A stretch of DNA of 64,000 nt. Source: Trypanosoma brucei. Taxonomy: Eukaryota. The stretch is from positions 160,001-224,000 of the forward strand of contig CH464492.1 of NCBI GenBank assembly GCA_000002445.1, in the 5' to 3' direction. Every line of letters begins with the position of its first letter. Positions within the stretch are counted from its first letter, which is position 1. The translations under genes were made by a program, and so were the position numbers. Shown piece by piece: positions 1 to 13,510 of the stretch. Below the pieces are notes generated by a model. That model was given only the letters and a program-made list of their open reading frames with translations. It was not told the origin of the DNA and searched no databases.

Positions 1-3000
1 AAGAGTTCCGCACATGGAATGTTGTAAGGAGTGGAATTGAGTTATGGCGTGCACAGCGTGCTTTACCGGAATGTCCTTATTTTCCACAAGCATACGCTGC
101 CATTGTCAACCCAGGGATTGGCAAATCTCAGAATTTGGGTTCTTTCATCCTCTACAAGTTATTGCATTGTGATGTGGAAGAGTTGCCTATTGTTGCGTAT
201 TTCTGCGGCATGGCAGTACTTATATTTGAAAACAACTGACGGACCCTTCGGCATGATCAAGGGAGATGGAAGGCACGCAGCTTTCATGCTGGACGGAAGC
301 ATGCCAAGCATTAGTCATTTTTTCTGCTACACGTTTAATGAAAGTGTGCATTTATCCGAGTTGTCTATGAATTGGGAAGCGCTTCGACCAGTTCGTTTAA
401 TGAGCAAAACTCCCATGGCAGAGCGTTGAACACACCTCATTGCGATGTCGGAATCCGGTACATCTTCGAGAGAGGAGGAGATTAAATGTTCGCGCGCATC
501 CCGTCTTAAGGATTTCGGCAGTCGGACAGTAACGGACTGCCCGGGGGAGAAGGGAAAGCGGCGAAACCGTCCGTTTTCGGGATGGTGGGAAGCATCGGTG
601 TGATCCTCCACGCACGTGCAAACATGATCCTTTCGGTATCTTTAGAGCGCTCTCAATGTTGAGATCGGTAGTGTTGAGCAGAACGCAGGTCTGATCTCAG
701 GTGAGTCGCAGCGGAATTCCGGGGAACTCTACCGGCCGAAAAGGATCACCTAAGCAAATGACTGTAAGAGAAAGGGGTAAATGCCACATTTTGCATGAAA
801 CGTTATCATTATAGGCGGAGGCGGAGTCCACAGTGATGACCGGGTGTTGGAAGATTGATATGGCACGGCCCCTTAAGGTTCCATAAGCGTGGAGATTGGC
901 AATGGATGGGATCGGTGTGTCGAAGGTTCGCAGAAAAAACAAACGAACAAGTACGAAATACGATAGGTTGATCATATTGTATCGCTGGAGCTGCTAATTG
1001 CATCTGTATCGACGTTTTTAAACAAACGAAAACAATAACAAAGGAGGAATCGGGCATACGGTGGCCGATGTAACGTTTCAAAGTAGCCGCGCCCGGGATC
1101 CAACCACAATATCTGTCAACGGATGATGATGTGCTGTGCAATGGCCCTCGCGGCACATGATGGAAATGGCCGGTACGAGGAATGACGCGAGAACGTCCCA
1201 TGTGTAACTGGTTTTCACCTCAAGTCATGGTCGTCTACAGGTTATGTGGGATAGATGAAAATAACAGGAAATTGCGGAAGACAAGGTTTGAAAAGAGTTT
1301 TTCGCTGTCATCGTCATCATTCCTCGGAAAGTCAGCGTATGGGTTGTTATTATGGCGGCGCGAACTAAACCAGTTCGACGACGGCCGCTGCCTTTTCCTC
1401 CCTCGCGGCCACTGATATTTTCTCCGCTTTGTCCTTTTCCAAACACTTTTAACTTCTGAAGGCTTCGACATCTTTTCACTTCTTCAGCTGTGCTCGCGCC
1501 TTCCTTCTGTTCCCGATGTCAACGACTCCTGTCCTTTTTACCTTTGCAGAATTCGCACGCTCTCAAGAATTTCCTGACATTTTGCACCTCTTCCCATTTC
1601 CCTCACCCGCATCGTGATCACCCCAATACCTGCGCTACGATAGCGTGACGGTTTTTACCATACGCCTCGTTACCGAACCTAGCGCCGGTGTTTCCCGCGC
1701 CTGTGAACTTTCGCCCATGGTGTCCACACCAAGTCGTTTCTCAACGATCCTTATTCCGTTGCGTTTGCAAGTTGCCGTTGGCTCTGTTTCACACTTGACG
1801 TCATGACAACAATGGCTGCTTTCGGCTTTGGCATATGGCTTGTGTACATCACCTCTTGTTTCGCTTATTTCTTCTGTTTGTCGAGGGAATGCTGCCGTTG
1901 GCATTGACGTTCTTGAACTCAGCAAACTCCTGCCATCGCTCACTTTCGTGAGTTCCATCAGCCGTCACAGTTGTGCTCTCGAGTTGGCATCGCTCTTTCG
2001 CTTGCTTAGCAACTAATTAAACTGCAATGGCCGTGGGCGTCTCCTGAGCAACAATGCGTTTCTATACCAGCAACATTAGACTTACATTGTTGTGTCGTAT
2101 GTGACGGAGGAAGACGCAGCTACGGTTTCATGGTGGTGAACTCCGTTCGTTTGTATTATTGGTGACGAATTCGATTACCAAATTTGTTTTACCCTTCTGT
2201 AACTTTCCCTTCCCCAGTTTCAACTGTACAGGTTTTCCTGAAAGCCACTCCCATCTGACAAGTTTGTTTGTTTTTTCCTCCCTTTACCACTTCCAGCAAA
2301 CAGAACGCCGTCCGCGACACAACTACATCCCCTTTTTTCCCTTTACCTTCCCCACCGAACAACATCGTTGAAAATTCAATACTTTCAATGCAACTTTAGC
2401 GCAAGAAGTTTTTTGGCGGCGATGGCTAAGAATAGTCAAGTCTCACTTCCCTATAATATAGTAATAGAAAATATATATAACATAATTATAAAAAGTGCTT
2501 TCGTGCAAATGAGTTTTACTGAAATATAACTCATATCGTAAACGAAATTTATTGATACGTATATAACCGCCTCTATTACTTACGAAGCGGAAGTGTCTGA
2601 AAGTGTCCTTAACCCACCTTCCCGCGCTCCCCTTTGCTTGCCCTTTGGACACCCATGGGGTTATCCTTCTGAGGTCACGTGAAACTCCATGAAGAATTAA
2701 TCTTTCCATTTCGCAGCACTCTCCATCTATGGCTAAAGCCTCATGAATCATGGCATTGGAATGTGTGTTGCAATTCCCACTATTTTTAAAAACATAATAT
2801 GCATCATAGCTGCGTTGTCCATGCATACACGTACGAGACTCTTCAATCTACCTCAAAAAGCAAATATTCACAAGTGGACTGCAGTTTCCTAAGCACCACT
2901 TGCAGTTAAGAACTTCTTTTCCGAATTGAGGAATAAAAGAAACATCCTCACCATCTATGCATGGAAGCATCCGTTACCATCATGACCACAGTTGCCACAA

Positions 3001-5944
3001 CTCGCTACCTGCTTACTGGTGTTTTCTTTACAAAAATGCACATTCATTTTTGTGTTAGCTGCAGCGCATATGTGTGTGTGTCTGTGTGTGGTGGCACGGT
3101 TAAATTATTGGGTCACGTCAGGACCATATTGCATCATGACAAATATCATGCTACCATTTAAAAAAAACAAGTAGTAGTAGTAAGAAGAAAGCTATTGTTT
3201 TCTCACTGCTGTCGCGTACATCATGCGTGATACAACAGTTTCCATTTATTCTATGGTAGTTTTAAATATAGCAAGGGATACTCGGAATTGTTGTGCTGCT
3301 TTTATCGTCCCAGCCATACTGTCTGCTTTTCATGGTTAAACTAAAACTCCAATGAAATCGCATTGTTGTTCCATCTTTTGCAAATCACCAATGATAGTAT
3401 GCCCCACATTCCTCCATGCTCGTAACTATTTTGTTTCCACGACATTTAACCACTTCATGCCTCACATTGATACGGATGTTGCATATCCATGTTTGAGTCC
3501 TCAATATTTCAGGGGTCACTTGCTGCAGTTTCATGACATCGGCGTCTTCTAAAAAGAGCTTTGTGATGGTGTGTAAAACTCCAGGGGTCTCTTTATTAAC
3601 TGATGGGGAGTCGATTCAAATTCATTAATTCCCCATTTTCGCTAAGGTATCGAAACCCCAGCCGAATATCTTCAGGTAATTTCACTTGGGAGAGGAACGA
3701 CTTTAGATCAAACATTGCTACAGACTCGCCATGGAGAGTATTTAAATACTGGGAAAAGTGACCCAATGGGAGATATGCCTCATAATCATCCCTGCTCTTT
3801 TTAGCCTTTGGTCATGCAATGGATCAACGCCTTCTTCCAATTCCGTGTTTCCTCCATCACAAAGAATGTCGCACAACCCATCCTGCCATATGTCTCTCTG
3901 AAACTGTGCCAATGATATGCGATTGCTTTATTATTTGGGCATCCTTTTCTACAATGCGCAGTTCACACTCCTTCTTTGATACTTTCTCTCTTTCTTTCTC
4001 TCTGCATCACCTGTGCTATTCATGATGCTCCAAACCTCATCAAATCGTTTACTCGCTGCTTGCATCATCCTCTGTCATATGCACGAAAAGGAAATCATTC
4101 CCACATTCATTTCCTATTGGAGAGGTGAAGTCTTTTTTTTTCCTCATCCCGTGATGTCACCTTTGTTTTCCCTTGTGAGTGTCAAGGAATGCTGTGCCAT
4201 CGATAATTTGGGAAGGTATTCCCCGTTATAAGTCCCGGCTTCCCTCACACTGAGTCCGAACATTCCTTCCAATTGTATCTTACATCAAAGACATTAAAAG
4301 AATCGTCTTGCTTACGGAAGCTGTCACACATCTGAGATACCGCACTGTGCTTCGTTGGAGTTCCATTGTGTAGATGTACTTTCCCAATTGTATTAATAAT
4401 ATGTTGTCAATGTCGTGCTCCATTGCGACTGCTGCCGCTGCGCGTGTCAGCAGTGCTCTTCTCTTTATGGAATGTTCTATCATTACGTATGGTCGTTTCA
4501 GTATGATTTCATTTTCACCCTTGTGGTAATGGCTATGAACTTCTTCCCCTTTCCTCCCGAGGTTCCTCCCTATGACTTTTCTCACACTGGCAGTGTCATT
4601 TTTCCAGTTTATAATTACGCATCGTGTGACTCTGTGGGTATCGCTTTTGAATTTCTTTGGAAGGTTCCCCCCAAAATCCACTATTGAGGCTTGCTTGCCG
4701 TGTGAGTGTGGTATAACATTTTGCTCTTTTTTTGGGAGCTGTGTAATTTCTTTTTGCCATCGCATGGCTGGGTGCAATTCATTCCATTGATATTGCAACT
4801 GGATACCACTCTGGACGGAACTTCCTGCAAGATATTATCGAATCCCCATTACAACATGTGTTGTGTTTGTTTGATGGGCTCACCTGCTACCGTATTGTAA
4901 AGACAGACCCCAAAACAACATCCGCGTCGGTGTGTCCAATAGAGATGATGGAAGAGCTCTCTTGTACTGAAATGGCAATGCTCTTTGCGAGTCGTACACT
5001 TACAACAACAAATAGAAGTGCAGTTACATCCTATGCTGGCATGCGGTAACGATTTTCTGCCAATGCATAAAAACTCCACAAGATGAATTCCCTATCGCTC
5101 ACATGTTTTAGTCCTCAGCCACATTCGCCTTGCTATTCTGTGGGCTCCTGAAACCAATGCCATGATGTACGGATGGCTTTGTGTGGGAACTGGAATAATA
5201 ATAATAATAATAACTCCTTTCACCAATGAGTTTATTCTCGGTTGTAAAAGTGCTCTTGGTGTCACTCCATTTTCCTTTTTGAGTCTCCAACTTTTGAGGG
5301 GCTGTTGTATTTTTTTTAAAGAGTGACGCACCGTTTTATTCCCCACCCCTTTTAGGTGAATTTCTCCTGCACAGTTTATACTTTCCCATTGTAGAATGTT
5401 TCTCAAGGTGTTTCTTTTGTGAAGCTTTGGTTATTCTATAATTAAAGGTCACTGTACCCACTGCTTTCGAGACCTGTTGTTGCATTTATTCCCCTTTAAT
5501 TGCTGCAAATTTATTCATTTGACAATTTGTACTGCAATACTTCACTTGAACACATGTGTAGCATCGTGTCTCGCTACTTTGTAAAAATTCAAAAAGAACA
5601 CATCAGCTGATATTCTTCTGTTCTTACTTCGTACATTCACATCTCTTCCCGCCAGTTCGGAAACTCCCACTCAAACTCACCACTCTCTGAAGATTTGTAG
5701 TTTCCGTTAGTGGTGGGCGTACTGAAGTGGGAATGTTTGGCACTTCAAAACTAATTTTTTTTAAACTTACAGCTTCCTTCTTGCAGAGAGCTAAAGGGTA
5801 AGAGTAAAAGAATAGCTGAGTATTATGAGAAAACATAAGCCCAAAACATTCTCAATGCAAGCTTTCAAAACTGACTACTGTTATGAAATATTTTATTAAT
5901 TTGGTTTATTTACTTTCTTTAAGGATATTAAGAGTTGAGTTATG

Positions 5945-6020
5945 ATGGCGATAGTAATAATGATAATAAGGTTAGGTTTGTGTTGTGAGTGTGTATATAC
6001 TAATATTATAATGAGACTTT
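5945..6020 (+). repeat. 70-bp repeat, single copy, upstream of VSG cassette 1
   Basis: gataataag...gtgttgtgagtgtgtatatactaatattataatgagac matches the trypanosome 70-bp repeat consensus ((TAA)n then GTGTTGTGAGTGTGTATATACGAATATTATAATAAGAG). Confidence 0.8.
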
Positions 6021-6917
6021 TGCGGACCGAAGTAAACTCCAAAATAAAGGAACTTAAAATAATTGAAAGTGATCAACGAGAAAAAGTAGGTTTGCGAGAA
6101 AGGGTTGAAAAAGGAAAGAAGACGAAATGTGTTTAGATTCAAGCAACAATATGACGATGTTCATCATTATACACAAAGAGATGATGGAGGGGTTAATGCG
6201 GAAGAGACAATGTACAAGCCTAGTGGAGTCACAGCGTTACTCACTTCACCACCATCGCAGAAAGTTGTGATATATAAGTATTATCAAGAAAAAATTGGAT
6301 TTCACATCTCACTATATAATGGATATATTCTTTTCAGAGATGACTGCAGCAGCAGCAGCAGTGGTTCTAAACGCTACGCTAATGGAAGTCTTATGATCAA
6401 AACCGTGTAATTGGGATAAATAACACAGGAAACTTGTAAAATTCCTAGCATATCTGAACTAATCAATGCAAAAAGATACTTCCATTAACATAACTATACA
6501 TAGCGGTGAAATGTGAAGAATGCAATAAAGGAGTAGAATTACTCTAGCGTGCTCTGAACAAGCTGTTGCTAAAGGTGACTTATAAAACAAAAGACTGTAG
6601 ATGCCTGCTCAAAGATAAGCCGCACACACTAAGCAAACGTGTAGCAGCAGATACATCATAACAATATCAATACATTGCTTATGTATATAAAACTGTTTCT
6701 TAACTAAACAGCTTAGTAGTACATCTGGCTTATCTTTCTTGAGTTTTCCACATTTTTTAAAATAAAAGCCTAAAATTATAAAGGTATTTTAGGTAATGAA
6801 TTTTCGTATATTTAGAAATTTACTACTACCGTCGTTATTACATTGTGTATTTAAGCACAATATCTATAGAGAACGATGATATAATAAATTTAAAAATTTA
6901 TTATATCATAAGGAATA

Positions 6918-7783
6918 TTGTTAAGAAAACCTAAAGTATTTGTGGCTGCAGTTCAAACTCGTGCAACTCAAGGATGGTGTAGATTCATATTGAGTGCCAA
7001 ACTAAGTAACATTGAAATTACTACAATTACGATGGGAATTTTGTATATCCATGTTAAAAAGTCTAAATGGGTTATGAAATTTTTAGAGAAACAGAATGCA
7101 AGTGATGAGGATATTGTAATTCATTTGGATGGATCTGATGTTATAATTACTGATGGTAAGAAGTATTACAATACGTTGGAATATTTTGTGCAGAATACTG
7201 CAAAAAATGAAGAGAAGTTTAGTGGAGAAGATATAGTAAAAGAGAAGCACATTTCCCCTATTATATTCATGACAACATCAGAGTGTTATGCTCCTCAGTT
7301 GGATTTGCTTATGAATTCAGATCACAGGAGCATGTGCAGAGATGTCTTTGGTTTTTTAATGTTGGTTACCAAAAAGAGGAGGATAAGAAGCTACCGCATT
7401 TACTGAAATCACCTCACAGTAGAAAACCTTATCTTAGTGGTGGAGGTTTGATAGCAAGAGTTCGGGTGTTTAAGAAATTTGAGTATGCATTTGGAGAATT
7501 ACTAAAGGGAAGTGAGAAGTGGTGGTCGGATCAAAGTATCTATACACCATTGCTAATATGGATTGTTACACAGGAAGAAACTGTTGGACAGATATTTGTT
7601 CTGAGGAGAGGAATAATTGGATTGGATTATGAGGAAGGATTTTTTACTATTCAGAATAGTGGAGAAGTCGAAAGCGCATCATTCATCCATTTTCCTGGGC
7701 AGCCTATTGCGTGGGAGGAGAAAACGAAATTGCTTGCGAGAAAACTTTACTTGGCACAAGGAGTTCGAGAAAAGGCAGTTTAG
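6918..7783 (+). pseudogene. GT8-like (glycogenin/LgtC-type) nucleotide-sugar glycosyltransferase fragment, frameshifted
   Basis: Two overlapping ORFs (6918-7406 and 7283-7783) in different frames. Motif order and spacing resemble GT8: HLDGSDVIITD (DxD region), FFNVGYQ (FNSGv-like), WWSDQSIYTPLL (DQD.LN-like) and IHFPGQPIAW (HFxGxxKPW-like). No N-terminal part and no clean ATG. Confidence 0.45.
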
Positions 7784-8083
7784 CCCGGAAGATTTTTTGA
7801 AAAATTCAAACTTACTCTATACGTTGAGGTCAAAGGAAGTTTGAACACTGGGAAATTTGTAGAGATACGTCTACAGAAGGTGATTTGTTTAGAGAAGAAA
7901 GGCGGTAAGTCATAGGCTATGTTCAAACAGTTGTACCCTCAAAGCAGTTGTTGAAGTATCGGTGTAAGATTAGTAAAATAAATATTAAACGACTCTGTTT
8001 CTTAAAGGTGGCCTGCATCGAAAAAGGATTTCCAAAAAAAAAACTCAAACAGCTATAAGTAGCACTTTTCTACAAAGAGGCGC

Positions 8084-9703
8084 ATGCCAATGTACCGAAC
8101 ACACGCCAAGATAAGCATGCCAGTGCTTTGCATTTTTTCCGTCGTGCTGCAAGACATAGCCACAGCGGATGTTGAACCCGGCGACAACGGCGGCTACTAC
8201 GCTAGTACGTGTGCAATCCTCAACATGCTGCTCGGAGCGACCGCACAAACTGATAACCAAGGCGAGGTACAAAAGATAGCCACGGAGATTGGGGCAATAA
8301 ATCTTTCTGTGGCGGATGAAGCTTTCAGAAAACTTATAAAACACGATGCTGACTGGGACGGCGCACCAATTAAAGCAGAACACGAATCTAAAGAATACAC
8401 ACCGGACTGGAAAGCCAAGTACCCGTTCTGGCGGGCAGCGAAGCAAAAACTGCACTCAAGTCCGGATCAGTTCAAACAATGGCAGGAAGCCAAGCTAAGT
8501 ACATCAGCGAAACATCAGCTGCGACAACTCGCCGAACAAGCCTACGCAGACTATTCCGAACCGACGCTGCAAGAATTTCCGAGCCTCAAAAGGGAATTGG
8601 AGGAAAGAATCAACGAAGCTGTTTACGGCACAAAGACAAACGACGACGATACACAAACACCGGACGGCAGCAGCAGGGCAACAGTGTGTGGGGCAGCAGA
8701 CGGAAGCGCAGGATCCGGCGCAGGGTCATCTCTCAAACACGACTTACTTTGCCTCTGCGGCGCGGTATCAGGCAACCTTGACAAGGTATGCTGCGCAGAC
8801 TGCGGTGCCCAAGCCACACACTCGTGGGGAGCAGGCACCACAGTACCAACAGCATGGAAGCCAATAAAAGCCAACTGCCCCACACACGCAGGGACATCCG
8901 TATTAACCACAGCAAACCTCCAACAGGCTGTCTCAGCGTTCTACACAACGATCAGCAAAAAGCAGTCGACTACCCACAAAAAGCAGTACATCCTAGGCTT
9001 ACTTTCAGGCGACGGCACAAGCGGATGCGCCGGAACCAGCGCCATCAACGGCGGCGCGTGCGTAATTTACAAACGCCAGACGACACAACGCAAGACAAGC
9101 GTATCAATACCATGGGCAGACAAGGCCCTAACAGCCGCAGAAATCGCCGACAAACTGATAAAAAGGCAGGGCACCATTCAGCGACTGGAGGATAGGCTAC
9201 GGCTTCTAAATGTCTCCGTCACGGCCTTAGTACACAATATCGCCGAACAGGCGTCAGCACAAGCAGCAGCAAGCGACACAAGCGACAATACCTCACCAGG
9301 ACAGCAAACAAAATCGGAATCAGAGTGTAATGCAGCAAAAGACAACCAAAAAGACTGTGATACGTTAAAGGACAAGGGGTGCGTTTTTGACTCTGAAGGA
9401 GAGAAGGGGAAAAAGTGCACATTGAGTGAACAAGCCAAAAAAGCAGCAGAAAACGCAGCTGCGGCAGGAACAGGAGATGGAACAGCAGGAACAACAGATA
9501 AATGTTCTGCTGCACAGACCCTTGACGATTACGCCAAAATACATGGAACAATTCCTCAAGGAAAGAAAGCTTTTTGTAGGTGAAGAAGTGAGAAATATAA
9601 CAAGAATGAAAAGGACGAAGGTAAATTCCGTGATTCCAGTTTCTTTGTAAACAAGAAATTTGTTACAACGGCTGCTGCTCTTGTAAATTTGGTATCATTT
9701 TAA
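8084..9703 (+). pseudogene. VSG, full-length frame with one in-frame TGA (9584-9586) before the C-terminal tail
   Basis: ATG at 8084; signal peptide MPVLCIFSVVL; A-type-looking N-domain; C-terminus CAFCR*RSEKYNKNEKDEGKFRDSSFFVNKKFVTTAAALVNLVSF stays in the same frame after the TGA; 70-bp repeat upstream; 3'UTR ttaacacttttg element ~9795. Confidence 0.85.
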
Positions 9704-9959
9704 GTATCTTTTCTTAATTTTACGAGACTTATGAATTTATAGAAATTGCTATTTTGAAAGAATTCTCTAAATTTACTAAAATTTAATATAATTTAACACT
9801 TTTGTAAAAACATTGAGAAATGTGCAAATATGAAATTTTAGTAAGACGTGTATGATGATGGAAAATGGGAGTAAAAGTGGTATGGTGATAGGATATAAAA
9901 AGTGAATAATATTCTCAGTATTTTTTGTTTATTTCCACTTTTTATGCATATTATCTCTG

Positions 9960-9986
9960 GTTGCAATAATAAAAATAATAAATAAA

Positions 9987-10017
<31 letters not shown>

Positions 10018-10080
10018 TAATAGAAGGTTCTTATGGGTGTGTATATACGAATATGATACTAAGGGTGATGAAGATAGAGT
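9960..10080 (+). repeat. 70-bp repeat with (AAAT)6(AAT)6 microsatellite
   Basis: aataaataaataaataaataaataataataataataataatagaaggttcttatgggtgtgtatatacgaatatgatactaag. Confidence 0.75.
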
Positions 10081-11590
10081 GTTAAAAAATGAAAGAAATT
10101 AAAACAGTGATAGAGATACAACTGGAGTAAGAAAGGAAGTGGGGGGAGAACGAGGAATATTTATAAATGGGGACTACAAAGGTAGAGAAAGGGAAGTAAA
10201 TGGAATATATAAATTTTAAAACGAAGAAAATATGATGAGCTTCATCATCAAAAAGTAGATGAAATAGCGATAAAGTGCAGTGTACAGGCCAAAAGAAGTC
10301 GGTACAGCTAATAAAAAGAGGCATTGAAGGTGGAAAGCACTTAGGAGCACAATGTCCAATACATTTCAAAGGAATCCTGAAAAAACGCATTATTTCTACA
10401 AAAACCACTGTGATGAAGACAAAAAGTGCCGACGCATATTTCTAAACTGACAGAAGTGGAAGAAGTAATCTAATATTGCAGCTCTAATCACAATTAACGG
10501 TATCAAGTGGCCAGTGGAAAACGAATATAACTTATGATTGCACCCATCCTTCCGAAAAGCGTCAAAACCAGAGCCAAGTGTAAAAGAAGCAACAGGAAAT
10601 GGCGGAATAAAATGAGAAGCATAAAAGGAACGACATTAAAGGCGCTAGTAACTTACAATATAGTCTATAAACAGCGATTCTTACTACATAGAAAGGTGAA
10701 TTGTCAAAGTTATTAGATAGAATAAAAGGGTTTACTTGTTTCCTAGAAAGAAGAATATAAATATAGAAAATTCAGCTTTAATACAATATTTAGTAGATTA
10801 GAATAATTTAGTTTAGAAGAGTGAAATCATATTTAGTTTAACAAACACAAGCTGACAAAGAGCACTCATTTTCATTTAGAATTTGATCCCTTCACATCTC
10901 TGTATCGCCAACTTTAACGGAGAAATAATAGTAAACAAGAATTGAGGACTCAGAAACTTTTCAATTGTATTCATATGAAGAAGCACACAAAATATAACTA
11001 CAAAAATTTAAAGTGACAGTATAACGAAAACAAACCACTAAATGCTATAAATCAGACTACAATTTAGCGGACGCGACTTAGCGCTAGGGTAGAGGCCGAA
11101 AAGACTCAGGAGCTATTAATGCGCCGACAAAAAGTAAGCAGACAAGCCAAACAGCTTGTCACAAATACGCAACCAGAGGGAACCGTTTTTCGCTTAACTT
11201 AGACTCAAACTTCTAGCGAGACTTATAGGGTTCATGGTATCCACAGCAGTACAAAGTCGGCTGTGAAAACAGACAGCGGCCAGTGAATACAAGAAGCGAA
11301 GACACAAAGCGGGGCGCTATAATTTGCAAAATAGGTTCTAAAGGCTAAACATGGATCTAATAACGTAGGCTACAGATGTCATAGATGACAGCAGCGTATG
11401 CAATACCATTCACACTTAAAAAGTAGGGGGCAGAACAGCAGCTAAAGCAACATCATCAACTCAATGGCAAGATAAGTTAACTCATCACCGATGATTATTT
11501 GAAAACAAGGGAAGCAGACACAACTACATCACATGAACACTTACAAGCCTATTCGCTTCTACACTTAGTTTTAGTTACTAAAAATCACAA

Positions 11591-13141
11591 AATGCTGGTC
11601 CCGGTGGTGATGTTGCTAGCGTTGTTTACAAGGCCGTCACCATGTAGCTGCACTGAACTGGACAAAGGCGACTTGGCGAAACATTTCACGGCGCTATGCA
11701 CCATTATCAACATAGCGTCAAAGACACATGTTGCACCTGCAGAAGATAGTACGGCTCAGCAAATAGAGGACATTATTTCCGCAGTGAATCTAACTGTAAG
11801 CGAAGGAAACCTTTCGGCAGACGTCATTGATCAAAAAGACAAAAGCAGGGACAGCCTGAGACCGAAATCCAGCGCGGCCTCAGCGACGGACGACGACACA
11901 TGGGATTTCTGGAAACAAGGGGCCAAGAAACTCAAGGAAGAAGAAGAGAAACAGACGTTCAAACCATGGTCGAATGCGAAAGGCAAACATGAAGCAGTAG
12001 CCATAATGAAACAAATTGCCGCAAGTGCACTGCAGCTCAAGAAAATGCGAAACAAACTTAGCCTTGCAGCAAAGTCAGCCGAAATAAGCAACAAGCTTAA
12101 AGAAGCCTTACTCGGCACCGGCACCCTACAAACGCAAACGGCATGGGGAACAGGAGGCGACACAAGAGCGAAGCTGTGTTGCGGAAATACAGCTGCAAAC
12201 ACACAGCTGGCAGGACAAAGCCTCAAGTTCGACATGCTCTGTCTGTGCAGCAAGGGGGCGACCGCAGTGAGCAACGGCGGCAAGGCATGCTGCAACGGAT
12301 GCGAGACGCCGAACACAGCGCTTGCCGCCCAAACCGACATGGCAGCTACGTGGGCAAACCTGAAACAAAAGTGTTCCGAAAAAGTAGCGACGCCACCGCT
12401 ATCAGTACAGGCGATAGAGGCGGCAATAGCGGCGTTTATGACTTTAGCGACGGCCCCGCCAGGAACGCAAAAGCACAGCGTCCATTTCTTCGGAAAAGCG
12501 GACGGAGCCTTTACCGACGACTGCGACGGCGACAAGACCGCCACCAAAGGCCGGGGCGTCCTCTACAAGCAAAGCGACTTCGCAAACGGTGCAGCCGGTC
12601 CCCAGTGGATGCAGGCGCTCCGTCAAGCACAAGTAGCATTAAATGACATGGAGCATATAAGAAAGCAACTACATGGAATTCAAACAAGTGCAATAGCTCT
12701 AAACTCCAGTCTCGGAAGCCTACTAAGCGAATTGTCAAGGTCACAGCAAACATCTGTTCTGCCTAAAAAGGAAGAGGAAGCGCCAGTAAAAGACTGCAAT
12801 ATCCACACAACAAACGCGACCTGCACAGCAGAAAGTAACTGCAACTGGACTAGCACTGATAAAAGCAACGGAGACTTCTGCAGAGCTGCCAATGGAGAAG
12901 CAAACACAGCAACAACAGCAGGTCAAGGAGCTGCAGGAACAACAGCTTCAACTAGATGTGCAAGACACGGCACCGATAAAACCGCTTGTGAAAATGACAA
13001 AACAAGCGAAAACAAAATTGTGCATTTAGAAAGGGGAAAGACAATGAAGACTAGCCGGAAAAAGAGAAGTTCCGAGGCGAAAGTTTTCATGTAAATAAAA
13101 AATTTGCTATGATTGCTTCTTCCTTTGTTAGAATGGTATAA
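11591..13141 (+). pseudogene. VSG, frameshift in the C-terminal GPI-signal region
   Basis: ATG at 11591 (MLVPVVMLLALFT signal). The ORF-track start at 11499 is TTG. Main ORF ends EAKVFM* at 13094. The GPI tail FHVNKKFAMIASSFVRMV* is in the -1 frame and ends at 13141. Confidence 0.8.
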
Positions 13142-13424
13142 TTTTAAGAATTCTTTCTCAATTTGCTCAAAAATTATTTAATTGATGAGATTTTGAGCGA
13201 ATTTGATATGTTTTAATATTTCTGTCAAATCTTTGTTAAAGTTGAAAAGTATGTAATTATGAAATTGTGGTATGAAAGTGGTCTATAGTTGTAACGTAGT
13301 AGAATTACATGGAATGAAAAATGAGTGATAATCCTATTTGTTTTATTTTTTGTCTTGTTTATTTTAAGGATAATATTAGGGTTATAAAATAAACAGTAAT
13401 TGTAATATTAATGATTGTAAGATC

Positions 13425-13510
13425 GCATTAATGATAATAATAATAATAATGATATAACAGTGTTGTAAGTGTGCATATACTAATATTATTATGAGGGTGA
13501 TGGTGGAGAA
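13425..13510 (+). repeat. 70-bp repeat
   Basis: taatgataataataataataatgatataacagtgttgtaagtgtgcatatactaatattattatgagg. Confidence 0.8.

Noticed and set aside
9975-10020. (AAAT)6 and (AAT)6 microsatellites
   Set aside because: They are part of the variable trinucleotide tract of a 70-bp repeat, not an independent feature.
11831-12547. Long antisense ORFs inside VSGs (11831-12547 -, 16013-16567 -, 36145-36561 -, 40591-40980 -) and arginine-rich alternative-frame ORFs (12143-12646 +, 8788-9195 +)
   Set aside because: They overlap well-supported VSG coding frames. They arise from the A/C-rich, stop-poor composition of VSG genes. They have no start context or motifs.
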